A DNA stretch of 64,000 nucleotides from Candidatus Babelota bacterium (lineage in GTDB: Bacteria > Babelota > Babeliae > Babelales > Vermiphilaceae), in the NCBI GenBank assembly GCA_049325595.1, contig JBMOLF010000015.1, positions 1 through 64,000 of the forward strand, read 5' to 3'. Numbering within the stretch: the stretch's first letter is position 1; every line of letters starts with the position of its first letter. Below, piece by piece: positions 37,637-47,261 of the stretch. Position numbers and translations under genes: made by a program. The notes beneath the pieces were generated by a model. It was given only the letters and a program-made list of their open reading frames with translations, did not search any database and was not told the origin of the DNA.

Positions 37637-38146
37637 ATGCATCAAAATGATACACCTGACATCAATAATGCAGGGGCTGACCACAGCCAAACAGATCAAG
37701 CATTAACTCAATGCCAACAAGAATTAGAAGAGTGGAAAGTACGCGCTTTACGAGTAACTGCTGATTTTGATAATTATCAAAAGAGAATCGAAAAAGAAAA
37801 ATCATCATGGATGCATGTTGCTCAATCAAATGTGTTTCTTGATTTATTATTAATAATTGATGATTTTGATCGCGCTCTTGATCAATTGTCAAAAGAGCAA
37901 AATCCTGATACGCAAAAACAACGTGCTGGTCTTGAACTTATTCACAAGAATTTGTATAAGATGCTTGAAAAATATGGCGTAAAAGAAATTGAGCAAACAA
38001 AAGTATTTGATCCTGAATTACATGAAGGGTTAGTGCAAGTAGAATCAGCCGAGCACCAGCCAGGAGAGATTGTTGTTATTTTGCAAAAGGGTTATACCTT
38101 TAAAAATAATGTGTTACGTCCAGCAAAAGTTAGTGTCGCTAAGTAA
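37637..38146 (+). CDS. grpE: Nucleotide exchange factor GrpE
   Basis: ADFDNYQKR, IDDFDRAL, FDPELHEG, QKGY...VLRPAKVSV. Confidence 0.95.
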   Translation: MHQNDTPDINNAGADHSQTDQALTQCQQELEEWKVRALRVTADFDNYQKRIEKEKSSWMHVAQSNVFLDLLLIIDDFDRALDQLSKEQNPDTQKQRAGLELIHKNLYKMLEKYGVKEIEQTKVFDPELHEGLVQVESAEHQPGEIVVILQKGYTFKNNVLRPAKVSVAK

Positions 38147-38170
38147 TTAAAAAAGCTTAATGGGGGTTAT

Positions 38171-38824
38171 ATGAAAAAAATTTTATTAGTGGCATATATT
38201 AGTGCAAGTACCTTTGCTACAGAAATCCCACATTTGAAAGATGTTGAACACACGCATCATTCTCGCCCCTATTTTTCTCCATATTTTCATATGAAATGGG
38301 TAGGTAAATTTCCTGTTGGGGTATCGCTTGGGCTTTATCAAAATGTTGATAGTAATAATTGGCAAAAAATAGCTAATAGTGTTGTTGCTGGTTTTGTTCC
38401 TTCCAAGGAATCGCTCATTAAACCATTTATAGATGAACAATGCGAAAAAATAATTGCCTCTAAACCATTTGAATATAACGTGCTGGGACTTTCAGTATCG
38501 AATAAAAAAATTGCACATGGTGCAAGTGCATTGACGGTTGCTCTCATGTCAATTTGGCTTAAAACATTACAGGGCAAAAATTTTGTTGATGCTAGTTGGC
38601 GTTATGCTACCAAAGAAATTAAAAGAAAGATGGTTGCCTTAACTTATAAAAAACTTGTCAGTTTGGCTGATCGGATAGCTCAAAAAAAAGGGCATACAAA
38701 ATGTGATTGGTACCCAGACTTTGTAACCCAAGACCAAACGCTTCATCATTCTGTTAAAACATTATGGCATTTAACAGCAAAAATAGCGATTTCAATAGCA
38801 ATAAGCCAACTACTAAGCATCTAA
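38171..38824 (+). CDS. Hypothetical exported/membrane protein
   Basis: 217-aa ORF, MKKILLVA signal, GGGG RBS. Confidence 0.6.
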   Translation: MKKILLVAYISASTFATEIPHLKDVEHTHHSRPYFSPYFHMKWVGKFPVGVSLGLYQNVDSNNWQKIANSVVAGFVPSKESLIKPFIDEQCEKIIASKPFEYNVLGLSVSNKKIAHGASALTVALMSIWLKTLQGKNFVDASWRYATKEIKRKMVALTYKKLVSLADRIAQKKGHTKCDWYPDFVTQDQTLHHSVKTLWHLTAKIAISIAISQLLSI

Positions 38825-38827
38825 TTA

Positions 38828-39901
38828 TTATCTAAAAAGTGCAATAATTAATTCTAAAAAGATTAATAAAATAATTGAGACGGTAAGCATATCTTCTCGG
38901 ATAGCATCTATTTTTTGTTGTAGTACTGAAAGTACATCATTTAAAATACCCAGTTTTTTATCGATAGATTCTTTAAGGTTTTTTAAATCGCGTTTTTCTA
39001 TTAATAAAGCGTATAATTCAGAATAAAATGGTTCGCCAGCAATTTTAATACTGCCTTCTAATCGCTCAGTAATCACCGAAATATCAACTTTAAGTTTGCT
39101 TAATTCATCTATAGGGCCCTTAGCGAGTGTACCAAGCACCGGTAAATAACCGCTTATCGGAACTTTTCGTACTTTGCCTTCATAGAAATTATTGAGTTGT
39201 TGGTCTAGTACCCGATCAAAATAGCGCAATTCTAAATGCTGAATATTAGCAAACTCAAAAAAGTCGAGTGTTTCTTCGTATTCATCATCATAAATGCAGG
39301 CAGCTTCAGTATCGATTACGATCAAATCACCTCTAAAATAACCAAAAGCAGAAGCTAAAATTTCATTTTTTTGATATTCAGATAATGTTTGGGTCTCAAA
39401 ACGCAATGTTGAAGCAATCACACTACCGTAATTATCTTTAAGTGTAACCGTATCTAACTTAGGATCAGGATATAATTGAATTACAACATAAGAAGATCGC
39501 GTATGAAAAAAGTTTGATTTGGTAATATATTTTTTAGATTTTTTAAATATCACTTCAGCATCAATAATTCCCTGTAGTTCATATTCATTATCAAGAGCTT
39601 CCAGGTTTTTACGAATATTATCAAGTGTGTCGTAAAATGGAATTTTATAAGTAAGTGAAATAGCGCCAAAATTATGAATTTTTGCTGAAATATATTTTTG
39701 TTGTTCGGGTAATTCAATAGCAAGTGGCGTATGATAATTTTTAAAATATTTAGATAATAAAACAATTTTAGGAATGATATCACCTGAGAGCTTTAATTTC
39801 TCTAAATTAATATCATCACCAACATCAAATGCTTGGAAAATAAAAATATTGCCACGAAACAGCTTTTCGCTTATTAGACTATCAGAATTAGGTGCAGACA
39901 T
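38828..39901 (-). CDS. RMD1/DUF155-like protein with C-terminal TM
   Basis: NFGAISL, EFANIQHLELRYFD..LD, C-terminal L..SIILLIFLELII. Confidence 0.55.
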   Translation of the reverse strand: MSAPNSDSLISEKLFRGNIFIFQAFDVGDDINLEKLKLSGDIIPKIVLLSKYFKNYHTPLAIELPEQQKYISAKIHNFGAISLTYKIPFYDTLDNIRKNLEALDNEYELQGIIDAEVIFKKSKKYITKSNFFHTRSSYVVIQLYPDPKLDTVTLKDNYGSVIASTLRFETQTLSEYQKNEILASAFGYFRGDLIVIDTEAACIYDDEYEETLDFFEFANIQHLELRYFDRVLDQQLNNFYEGKVRKVPISGYLPVLGTLAKGPIDELSKLKVDISVITERLEGSIKIAGEPFYSELYALLIEKRDLKNLKESIDKKLGILNDVLSVLQQKIDAIREDMLTVSIILLIFLELIIALFR

Positions 39902-39984
39902 GAATGCTCCTTGAGCAGTTTAAGACTATGCATACCTCTAGTTTACCAAAAAGCAGGATCATTCAGCAAATGATCCTCATAATT

Positions 39985-40704
39985 TTACTCTGGTAGGGTG
40001 GTATAATCAGTGATTGAACTTGTTAGCCCGGTAAATTCACCTGATCCATAGGGAGTATTTTGCGGTTGATGGAATGTAGTATGTTTTTGTATTATTTTGG
40101 TTGATTCATTTAAATAACAGACAAGTGTCGTTACCTTTTTTTCTTGTTTTTGAAACTCAGATTTTAAGTTCTGAATAGTTTCATAATCGGGTTCAGCTAA
40201 CTGTTTGATTCCCTTACGCACCAGATAAAAACCTGAGAGTATACCGCTTGTTTGTATGCCGGCTTTTATAGTACGAAGTTCAATCTGATTAGGTAATACT
40301 TTGCTAGCAAACATAATTCCTATTGGTGTAATTATTCCCACAGTTATTTTTTTCAAAGCTGCGATAGTTTTATATTTCTTAGAAAGAGGAGTGGGAGTTT
40401 GACTTTCTATTTCAGTGATAATATTTTGCTGTGCAGTGAGCTTATCTTTTTCTTGGTGATATAACTCTTTTAAATTATTATAATTTTGCACTTGAGCGCA
40501 ATGTTCTTCAAATGTGCTTACTATTCTAAAATCATATAAACGCTGTAAATCTCCCCATACACCCTGATCTATATCGGGAAAATTACTCGATGCTAGTAAG
40601 CTGCTTTTGCTTAAATCAGGCAATTGGCTTGCCAATGGGTTTTCTGAAGCTTGATTGACGCTATAAATACACAATAATGCAAAACTATATATAACTTTTA
40701 TCAT
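39985..40704 (-). CDS. Hypothetical exported protein with central hydrophobic hairpin flanked by coiled coils
   Basis: Signal ..VNQA-SE; two hydrophobic segments (~aa 118-165) between helical Q/K/E-rich regions. Confidence 0.6.
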   Translation of the reverse strand: MIKVIYSFALLCIYSVNQASENPLASQLPDLSKSSLLASSNFPDIDQGVWGDLQRLYDFRIVSTFEEHCAQVQNYNNLKELYHQEKDKLTAQQNIITEIESQTPTPLSKKYKTIAALKKITVGIITPIGIMFASKVLPNQIELRTIKAGIQTSGILSGFYLVRKGIKQLAEPDYETIQNLKSEFQKQEKKVTTLVCYLNESTKIIQKHTTFHQPQNTPYGSGEFTGLTSSITDYTTLPE

Positions 40705-41540
40705 AAATGAGTACCTTCTTCTTCATCTTGTGGTTCTGCATGACGAGGGATTAAGGGCGATTCTTTTTGTGAGCCATTACTTTTTAACAATTTTTTTTCA
40801 TTTAATTGTGCTGAGTAAGTGATCAATTGGTTGTGTATCTTCTTGAGATGATTGACATGCAATTCAGTTTCTTGCAGATGAGCATTTATTTCTTTGTTAT
40901 AACATACACATTCTCCCAATGCGTTGCCAGCTAGGTATATGCAATAAGAACCTCCTACGCAAAGAGCCAAAGAAGTGGTCAAATTTTTTAGCTGTTTTTC
41001 TTGTATTGCGTATTTTGCAGTAAATCCACCAATTAAATAGCTGGCGCAACCTAATGTAAAACGAGCGATTGCCTGAGACCATTTTTTTATTATAAAAATA
41101 AGGACAGCAAATGGTTGTGATTTTTCGCGGAGCCATTTCTTTTTGTATTCTAATTTTGTCTGATAAGTGTTAATTTTTTTTGTTAAATATTGGCAATAAT
41201 CAAAACGCCACGAGTCAAGTGTCGGATTTCCAGACTCAGAATATAATACTAATGTTGGATTAAAAATATTGGTAAATGCATTACTGTTTTGTGGGGGCTC
41301 ATCGGGGAGAGCTGTCGTGCATTCACTTGCTTTTAAATAGTAGCTCTTTATTGCCTCAAAGTTTTCTTTTAAATCTTTTTCGTCTAAAAGCAGCCGCATA
41401 TGCAATTTGTACTCAAGATTGTCAATGTTTTTTTTACATTCATATTTGGTCGCTAATTGTTCACTGCAGCTGATTAAGCTGGTGATAACAACTACCATAG
41501 CTAGGTTTAGTAATAGAGATAATTTCATATGCCAACTCAC
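40701..41540 (-). CDS. Hypothetical exported/lipoprotein with hydrophobic hairpin and coiled coils
   Basis: Signal with LISC; FTLGCASYLIGGF..SLALCVGGSYCIYLAG hairpin; overlaps next gene by 4 nt. Confidence 0.6.
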   Translation of the reverse strand: MSWHMKLSLLLNLAMVVVITSLISCSEQLATKYECKKNIDNLEYKLHMRLLLDEKDLKENFEAIKSYYLKASECTTALPDEPPQNSNAFTNIFNPTLVLYSESGNPTLDSWRFDYCQYLTKKINTYQTKLEYKKKWLREKSQPFAVLIFIIKKWSQAIARFTLGCASYLIGGFTAKYAIQEKQLKNLTTSLALCVGGSYCIYLAGNALGECVCYNKEINAHLQETELHVNHLKKIHNQLITYSAQLNEKKLLKSNGSQKESPLIPRHAEPQDEEEGTHL

Positions 41541-41573
41541 CAGTTATTTTTTTGGTTAGTGTGGCATGATTGC

Positions 41574-41616
41574 AAAAAAAATTGCAATAGTCTTAGCGAA
41601 TAAGAGCTATTGCAAT
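41574..41616 (-). terminator. Intrinsic terminator after lepA
   Basis: ATTGCAATAG-TCTTA-gcgaa-TAAGA-G-CTATTGCAAT hairpin with an A-run on + (U-tract on -). Confidence 0.65.
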
Positions 41617-41646
41617 ACAATCTTTTAGGTGTCGAAAAATTATGTG

Positions 41647-43467
41647 TTATCGTTTAAGAATTGTTAAAAATGCTTCTTGAGGCAATTCAACGTTGCCGAC
41701 TTGTTTCATTTTCTTTTTACCTTCTTTTTGCTTTTCAAGAAGTTTTCTTTTACGAGTAATGTCACCACCATAACATTTTGCTGTTACATCTTTTCGTAAA
41801 GCCGATACAGTTTCACGTGCAATAACTTTTGCGCCGATAGCTGCTTGAATGGCGACTTCAAAGAGTTGTCGTGGGATTACTTGTCTTAATTTGCTCACTA
41901 ATTCACGACCAATGTAATAGGCCTTATCATTGTGTACAATACAAGCAAGTGCATCAACAGGTTTACTATTAAGTAAGATGTCCATTTTCACCAGATCTTC
42001 AACTTCATAACCAGCTTCTTCATAGTCAAAGCTTGCATAGCCAGAACTAAATGACTTGAGTTTGTCGTAAAAGTCTGTAGCTACTTCGGTTAATGGGAGT
42101 TTATATTTTAAAATAATGCGATCTTCATCCATGAATTTCATGTCAAGCTGAACGCCACGCTTTTCTTCACACAAAGTGATTATATTTCCTAAATATTTTT
42201 TAGGAACGATAATCGTTGCTCTAATAATTGGTTCGTAAATTTCTTCAATTTTACCCGCATCAGGAAAATCTGATGGTGTTTCTACGTCAACCACTTCGCC
42301 GGTGTGTTTAAGTTTTACTTTATACAATACACTTGGCGCGGTTGCTATCGCAGAAACATTATATTCTTGCTCAAGACGCTGTTTAAATACATCCATATGC
42401 AATAAGCCCAAAAAGCCGCAACGGAATCCTAAGCCAAGAGCAGGAGAACTTGTTTTTTCAATAGTAACACTTGCGTCATTCAACGTGAGTTTATCTATGG
42501 CATCTCGGAGCATTTCAAATTCTGAAGCATCAATAGGATAAATGCCGGCAAAAACAACTGGTTTTGCCGGTTTAAATCCTGGCAAGGGAGTAACTGGTTG
42601 GCGGGTATGATAAATAGTATCACCCACGCGTGCTTCTTTTACCGTTTTCATACCAGTAATTAAATAACCTACTTGCCCTGCATATAAAGCATCCATAGGT
42701 GTTTCTTCAGGATACATTAATCCTACTTCTAAAACTTCATACTCATTTTCCATTTGTGCAAGAGTGATTTTATCACCTTTTTTAATACTGCCATCTTTTA
42801 CGGCAATTAAACACATCACTCCTCGGTAATCATCAAACCATGAATCAAATAAAAGAGCTTTTAATGGAGCATCGTTATTGCTTTTAGGACTTGGAATGCG
42901 TTCGATAACTGCTTGTAACACATCTTTAATGCCAATACCCGTTTTGCCCGAAGCATGGATAATTTCTTGTGCAGGGAAATCAAATAAGCTTTCCATTTGT
43001 TTAGACACACGCTCAACTTGTGCGTTCATCATATCTACTTTATTAAGAACCGGCACAATAGTTAATTCTTGTTCAAATGCTAAGTAAAAATTTGCCATGG
43101 TTTGCGCTTCAACACCTTGTGTACAATCTACGAGCAATAAAGCACCTTGGCAGGCATAGAGTGATCGCGAAACTTCGTAAGAAAAATCCACGTGCCCTGG
43201 TGTATCAATAAGATTAAGCAAATAGGTAGCCCCATTGTATTCGTAAAACATAGAAGCAGTTTGCGCTTTTACCGTAATACCTCGCTCTTTTTCAACTTGT
43301 AGCTTATCCAAAAATTGTTCGTGGCGAACACGCTGTGATAAGGTACCTGTAAATTCAAGCAAGCGATCGGAGAGAGTTGATTTGCCATGGTCAATATGGG
43401 CAATAATTGAAAAATTACGAACACGGTCAGGTGTAAAATTTTTAAGATTGACTGTTTTTATATCCAT
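41647..43467 (-). CDS. lepA: Elongation factor 4 (LepA/GUF1)
   Basis: RNFSIIAHIDHGKSTL, IDTPGHVDF, KDVTAKCYGGDITRKRKLLEKQKEGKKKMK. Confidence 0.97.
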   Translation of the reverse strand: MDIKTVNLKNFTPDRVRNFSIIAHIDHGKSTLSDRLLEFTGTLSQRVRHEQFLDKLQVEKERGITVKAQTASMFYEYNGATYLLNLIDTPGHVDFSYEVSRSLYACQGALLLVDCTQGVEAQTMANFYLAFEQELTIVPVLNKVDMMNAQVERVSKQMESLFDFPAQEIIHASGKTGIGIKDVLQAVIERIPSPKSNNDAPLKALLFDSWFDDYRGVMCLIAVKDGSIKKGDKITLAQMENEYEVLEVGLMYPEETPMDALYAGQVGYLITGMKTVKEARVGDTIYHTRQPVTPLPGFKPAKPVVFAGIYPIDASEFEMLRDAIDKLTLNDASVTIEKTSSPALGLGFRCGFLGLLHMDVFKQRLEQEYNVSAIATAPSVLYKVKLKHTGEVVDVETPSDFPDAGKIEEIYEPIIRATIIVPKKYLGNIITLCEEKRGVQLDMKFMDEDRIILKYKLPLTEVATDFYDKLKSFSSGYASFDYEEAGYEVEDLVKMDILLNSKPVDALACIVHNDKAYYIGRELVSKLRQVIPRQLFEVAIQAAIGAKVIARETVSALRKDVTAKCYGGDITRKRKLLEKQKEGKKKMKQVGNVELPQEAFLTILKR

Positions 43468-43815
43468 ATGGAAAAATTACCTACTAAAAATAATGATTTT
43501 TTCTTAAGTGTATTGTAAAAGCCCATAACAGGCAATGAACGAGATGTTTTTTAGCGGGTAGCGTTAATTTTGTATTTCAAAATATTAACTGAGCTTTTAA
43601 GGCAGATGGGTAACAAAATGAGCAAAGATTTTTTTTATAAGGCAAGCCTTTCAGTAAAGTTATAAATGACTCGATTTTAGCAATAAACAGATATTTTACA
43701 ATAAAACATTAAACCTAAAATTCTTGTCATATCTTGAGTCTAGGTGTATCATAAATACATGCTTTCTTTTGAATAAAAAAATGAAAAATAACCCGTCTGT
43801 GAAGGGCTCGTAACT

Positions 43816-46497
43816 ATGGCAACGCAAACGCCTCATGATAAGGCTGAAAATAAAGTTAAGCCGGTCTTGATTGAACAAGAATTAAAAACTTCATTTCTTG
43901 ATTATGCAATGTCGGTGGTAGTAAGTCGTGCTATACCTGATATTCGTGACGGGCTTAAGCCAGTTCATCGTCGCGTTTTGTATGCTATGTATCAGCAAGG
44001 ATTTCATCACAACAAGCCGTATCATAAGTCTGTTCGTGTGGTGGGTGACGTGCTTGGAAAATATCACCCACATGGTGACCAAGCGGTATACAATACCATG
44101 GTTGGCATGGTACAAGATTTCTCTAAACGTTATCCCTTATTAGATGGTCAAGGTAACTGGGGATCTGTTGATGGAGATAATGCAGCAGCAATGCGTTATA
44201 CCGAAGTTCGTATGGAAAAAATTGCCCAAGAACTTCTTGCAGATCTTGATAAAGAAACGGTTCGTTTTGTACCAAACTTTGACGAATCAACGGTAGAGCC
44301 AGTAATTTTACCAAGTAAATTACCACATTTGTTAATAAATGGTACCACAGGTATTGCCGTAGGTATGGCAACATCGATACCACCTCACAATTTAGGTGAA
44401 GTAATTGATGCATGTTTGTTGCTGCTTGAAAATCCACATGCTTCTGACGAAGAAATTTTTCAAAAAGTTCCGGCACCCGATTTTCCAACCGGTGGTATTA
44501 TTTGTGGAAGAGGCGGCGTTATAAAAGCTTATAAAACCGGACGTGGCAATTTAATTTTGCGTGGTGTTGTTGAAGTAGAAGAAACAAAAAAAGGCACTAG
44601 TTTGGTGGTCACTGAGTTACCATACATGGTTAATAAAGCAGCGCTTGCCGTGCAAATTGCTGATTTGTTGCGTGATAAAGTAATTGAAGGTATTACCAAT
44701 ATTAAAGATGAAACTGATAAAAAAGGTATGCGCTTAGTGCTAGAAATTAAGCGTGGTGAATCTCCTCAAGTGATTCTTAATCAGTTATATAAACATACTC
44801 CATTGCAAACATCAGTTAATATGTTAATGCTGGGGTTGCTGGATAATCGCCCATTAATTTTCTCTTTGCGCCAATTGCTTGAACAATTCTTGTATCATCG
44901 TCGCGAAATAATTTATAAACGTACGGTTTATGATCTTAAAAAAGCGCAAGATCGTGAGCATATTTTAACTGGTTTTATTATTGCGCTTAAAAATATCGAT
45001 GAAGTTGTTGCTCTTATTAAAAATTCAACTTCAGCCGAAGAAGCAATAACTAAGCTTAACAAACGGTTCTTGTTAACTGCTGAACAAAGCAAAGCTATTT
45101 TAGAAATGCGCTTGCAACGCTTAACGGGTCTTGAGCAAGATAAAATTTATCAAGAAATGGAAGAGCTCAAAAAAACAATTGCATATCTAAAATCTATCAT
45201 TGAAAATGAAGAAATTCTTAAAAAAGAAATTGTTAATGAGTTAGTTGAAATCAAAAAAGAATATGCTGATCCTCGCCGTACTAAGATAGAAGGTGCTATT
45301 GATATTCTTACTGAGGCAGATTTAATTCCCGACGAAGAAGTAGTCGTAACACTTACGCATAAAGGTTATATTAAACGGGTACCATTAAGCACCTATGGCT
45401 TGCAGCATCGTGGCGGTAAAGGCAAGATGGGCATGGCAACGCTTGAAGGGTCTGAAGATGTAATTCAAGATCTGTTTGTGGCTAAAAACCATGATGAGCT
45501 TTTATTCTTTACCAATCTTGGTCGTGTTTACAGTATGCGTGTATTTGAAGTTCCTGAGGCATCTCGTATTGCAAAAGGTCGTGCGGTTATTAACTTGCTG
45601 CCATTAACTCCTGAAGAAAAAGTAGTTAAATTATTGTGCACTAGAGATTTAGCAGGCAAAAACTTAGTTATGCTTACTAAACATGGCATTATTAAGCGTA
45701 CTGATGCGACAGAATTTGAAAAAATTCGCTCAACTGGTATTCGTGCAGCCACTCTTAAAGAAGGTGATGAATTAGTGTTCTGTGCATTAAGTTCAGGAAC
45801 TGATTCTATTATCATTGCAACTGCACATGGTCAAGGTATTCGCTTCAAAGAAGATGAAGTGCGTGTAATGGGCCGTCAAGCTGCGGGTGTAATTGGTATC
45901 CGTATGAAGGAAGATGATTACGTTGTTGGTATGGAAGTTATTTCTGATGGTGGCGACATTCTCTTTGCAACAGAAAATGGCTACGGAAAACGAGTAAGTA
46001 TTGCTGATTTCCGTTTAGCGCATCGAGGTGGTTTAGGTGTTAGAACAATTCCAACAACAGCTCGTAACGGTAAGGTAATAGGTCTTGTTTTTGTAACTGA
46101 TCGTTCTAATATTCTTCTTATTGATAAAGCTGGTAAGATTATTCGACTTTCATCTGCTGAAGTTCGCACTATGGGTCGACAAGCCCAAGGGGTACGCTTA
46201 ATTAAACTTGATGAAGGTCAAAAACTTTCTACCATAGTTGCATTTGAAGAAGAAGATAATGATCCAACCAATTCTTCATCTCATCAAGAATCACAAACAA
46301 GTGGCAGCAGTTCTGGGGCAGTAAAGAAAGATCTTTATGTCCAAAGCAGCCAATTGCCCGCTGAAGATTCCATTGATTCTCAAGAAGAATATGAGGGGGG
46401 CATGCAAGACGATAACGTTTTTGATATTGATAATGCAGTTCCCGTATTTAGTGCAGATGATTCTGAAACTGAAAATGATCCATTTGCTCAATTTTAG
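43816..46497 (+). CDS. gyrA: DNA gyrase subunit A
   Basis: YAMSVVVSRA.PD.RDGLKPVHRR, HPHGD, AAAMRYTE, GyrA-box QHRGGKG, acidic tail. Confidence 0.97.
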   Translation: MATQTPHDKAENKVKPVLIEQELKTSFLDYAMSVVVSRAIPDIRDGLKPVHRRVLYAMYQQGFHHNKPYHKSVRVVGDVLGKYHPHGDQAVYNTMVGMVQDFSKRYPLLDGQGNWGSVDGDNAAAMRYTEVRMEKIAQELLADLDKETVRFVPNFDESTVEPVILPSKLPHLLINGTTGIAVGMATSIPPHNLGEVIDACLLLLENPHASDEEIFQKVPAPDFPTGGIICGRGGVIKAYKTGRGNLILRGVVEVEETKKGTSLVVTELPYMVNKAALAVQIADLLRDKVIEGITNIKDETDKKGMRLVLEIKRGESPQVILNQLYKHTPLQTSVNMLMLGLLDNRPLIFSLRQLLEQFLYHRREIIYKRTVYDLKKAQDREHILTGFIIALKNIDEVVALIKNSTSAEEAITKLNKRFLLTAEQSKAILEMRLQRLTGLEQDKIYQEMEELKKTIAYLKSIIENEEILKKEIVNELVEIKKEYADPRRTKIEGAIDILTEADLIPDEEVVVTLTHKGYIKRVPLSTYGLQHRGGKGKMGMATLEGSEDVIQDLFVAKNHDELLFFTNLGRVYSMRVFEVPEASRIAKGRAVINLLPLTPEEKVVKLLCTRDLAGKNLVMLTKHGIIKRTDATEFEKIRSTGIRAATLKEGDELVFCALSSGTDSIIIATAHGQGIRFKEDEVRVMGRQAAGVIGIRMKEDDYVVGMEVISDGGDILFATENGYGKRVSIADFRLAHRGGLGVRTIPTTARNGKVIGLVFVTDRSNILLIDKAGKIIRLSSAEVRTMGRQAQGVRLIKLDEGQKLSTIVAFEEEDNDPTNSSSHQESQTSGSSSGAVKKDLYVQSSQLPAEDSIDSQEEYEGGMQDDNVFDIDNAVPVFSADDSETENDPFAQF

Positions 46498-46511
46498 TTA
46501 GATAAAAAACT

Positions 46512-46552
46512 AAAAAGGTGGGCTTTGTGAATTAAGCAAAGTCCACCTTTTT
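46512..46552. terminator. Bidirectional terminator after gyrA
   Basis: AAAAAGGTGGGCTTTG-tgaattaag-CAAAGTCCACCTTTTTT. Confidence 0.75.
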
Positions 46553-47011
46553 TCATTGATTGTGATTTTGGCATTTTTGGTTTTGTAATGAACAAGATAA
46601 TAGTTGGTGAGCAGCCTTTGCTAATTTATTAATGTTAAACGGAGCAAGAGTGGTATTGGTGACATGCTTATAGTCAATATACTCAGTCAAATCAGTTAAA
46701 AAATGCATTTCTTGGTTGCTTATTATTGCCTCACTACAATAATATTTTTTTGAATAAAGGGCATATATGTACAACCTGATTAGTTTACCTATTAAACAAT
46801 CAATATTATTTTGTATATTGTGCTTGGATTCTGATGTATATTCATCAATAAATAGTAAATCTTGGTAAATGCTCAGGCAGGTTTGCATTATATCGCGCAC
46901 GGAAGGTTCGTGCTCGGTAAGTTCAAATGGCACTAAAACCTCTTTTTCATTGCTAATTGCGCAAAAAGAGTAACAAGCTAACACTATGCATAATGAGAAT
47001 TTATTTTTCAT
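46553..47011 (-). CDS. Hypothetical exported protein
   Basis: 152-aa ORF with signal peptide and AAGGT RBS. Confidence 0.55.
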   Translation of the reverse strand: MKNKFSLCIVLACYSFCAISNEKEVLVPFELTEHEPSVRDIMQTCLSIYQDLLFIDEYTSESKHNIQNNIDCLIGKLIRLYIYALYSKKYYCSEAIISNQEMHFLTDLTEYIDYKHVTNTTLAPFNINKLAKAAHQLLSCSLQNQKCQNHNQ

Positions 47012-47211
47012 AATATACCTTATGTTATTTCACTCTTATAGTTTGCCATAATATATATTCAATTAGTCAATAATATTTCAAAGGTGCATTGGAGATTTGG
47101 CTTTCGATTGCAGCTGTATTTTTATTGATAAATTCAAGTTAATTAACCCAAAAAATAATTTTTTTAAATGTAATTATTCATATATCAATTAACTTTTATT
47201 CTCTTTTAAAA

Positions 47212-47239
47212 TTGACAATCTGAATATAATTGCTATGCT
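47212..47239 (+). promoter_or_regulatory. Sigma70-type promoter for the WD40 gene
   Basis: TTGACA-16 nt-TATGCT with extended TGn; supports start at ATG 47262 (GGAGG RBS). Confidence 0.5.
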
Positions 47240-47261
47240 GGAAAAAGATGGAGGTTTATTT

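Noticed and set aside
41562..41575. TGGCATGATTGCA resembling a sigma54 -24/-12 promoter
   Set aside because: GG-to-GC spacing is 3 nt too short, and the regulators lack GAFTGA anyway.
43468..43815. Long lepA-gyrA intergenic region as possible ncRNA/riboswitch or the 60-aa ORF 43696..43878
   Set aside because: No recognisable structured RNA motif; consistent with divergent promoters, and the ORF overlaps gyrA antisense.
47003..47030. dif-like 11-6-11 sequence ATTTTTCATAA-TATACC-TTATGTTATTT
   Set aside because: Overlaps the start codon and RBS of the 46553..47011 gene, the XerD arm has two mismatches and the XerC arm is poor. A GC-skew switch would be needed to revive it, and I cannot compute that.
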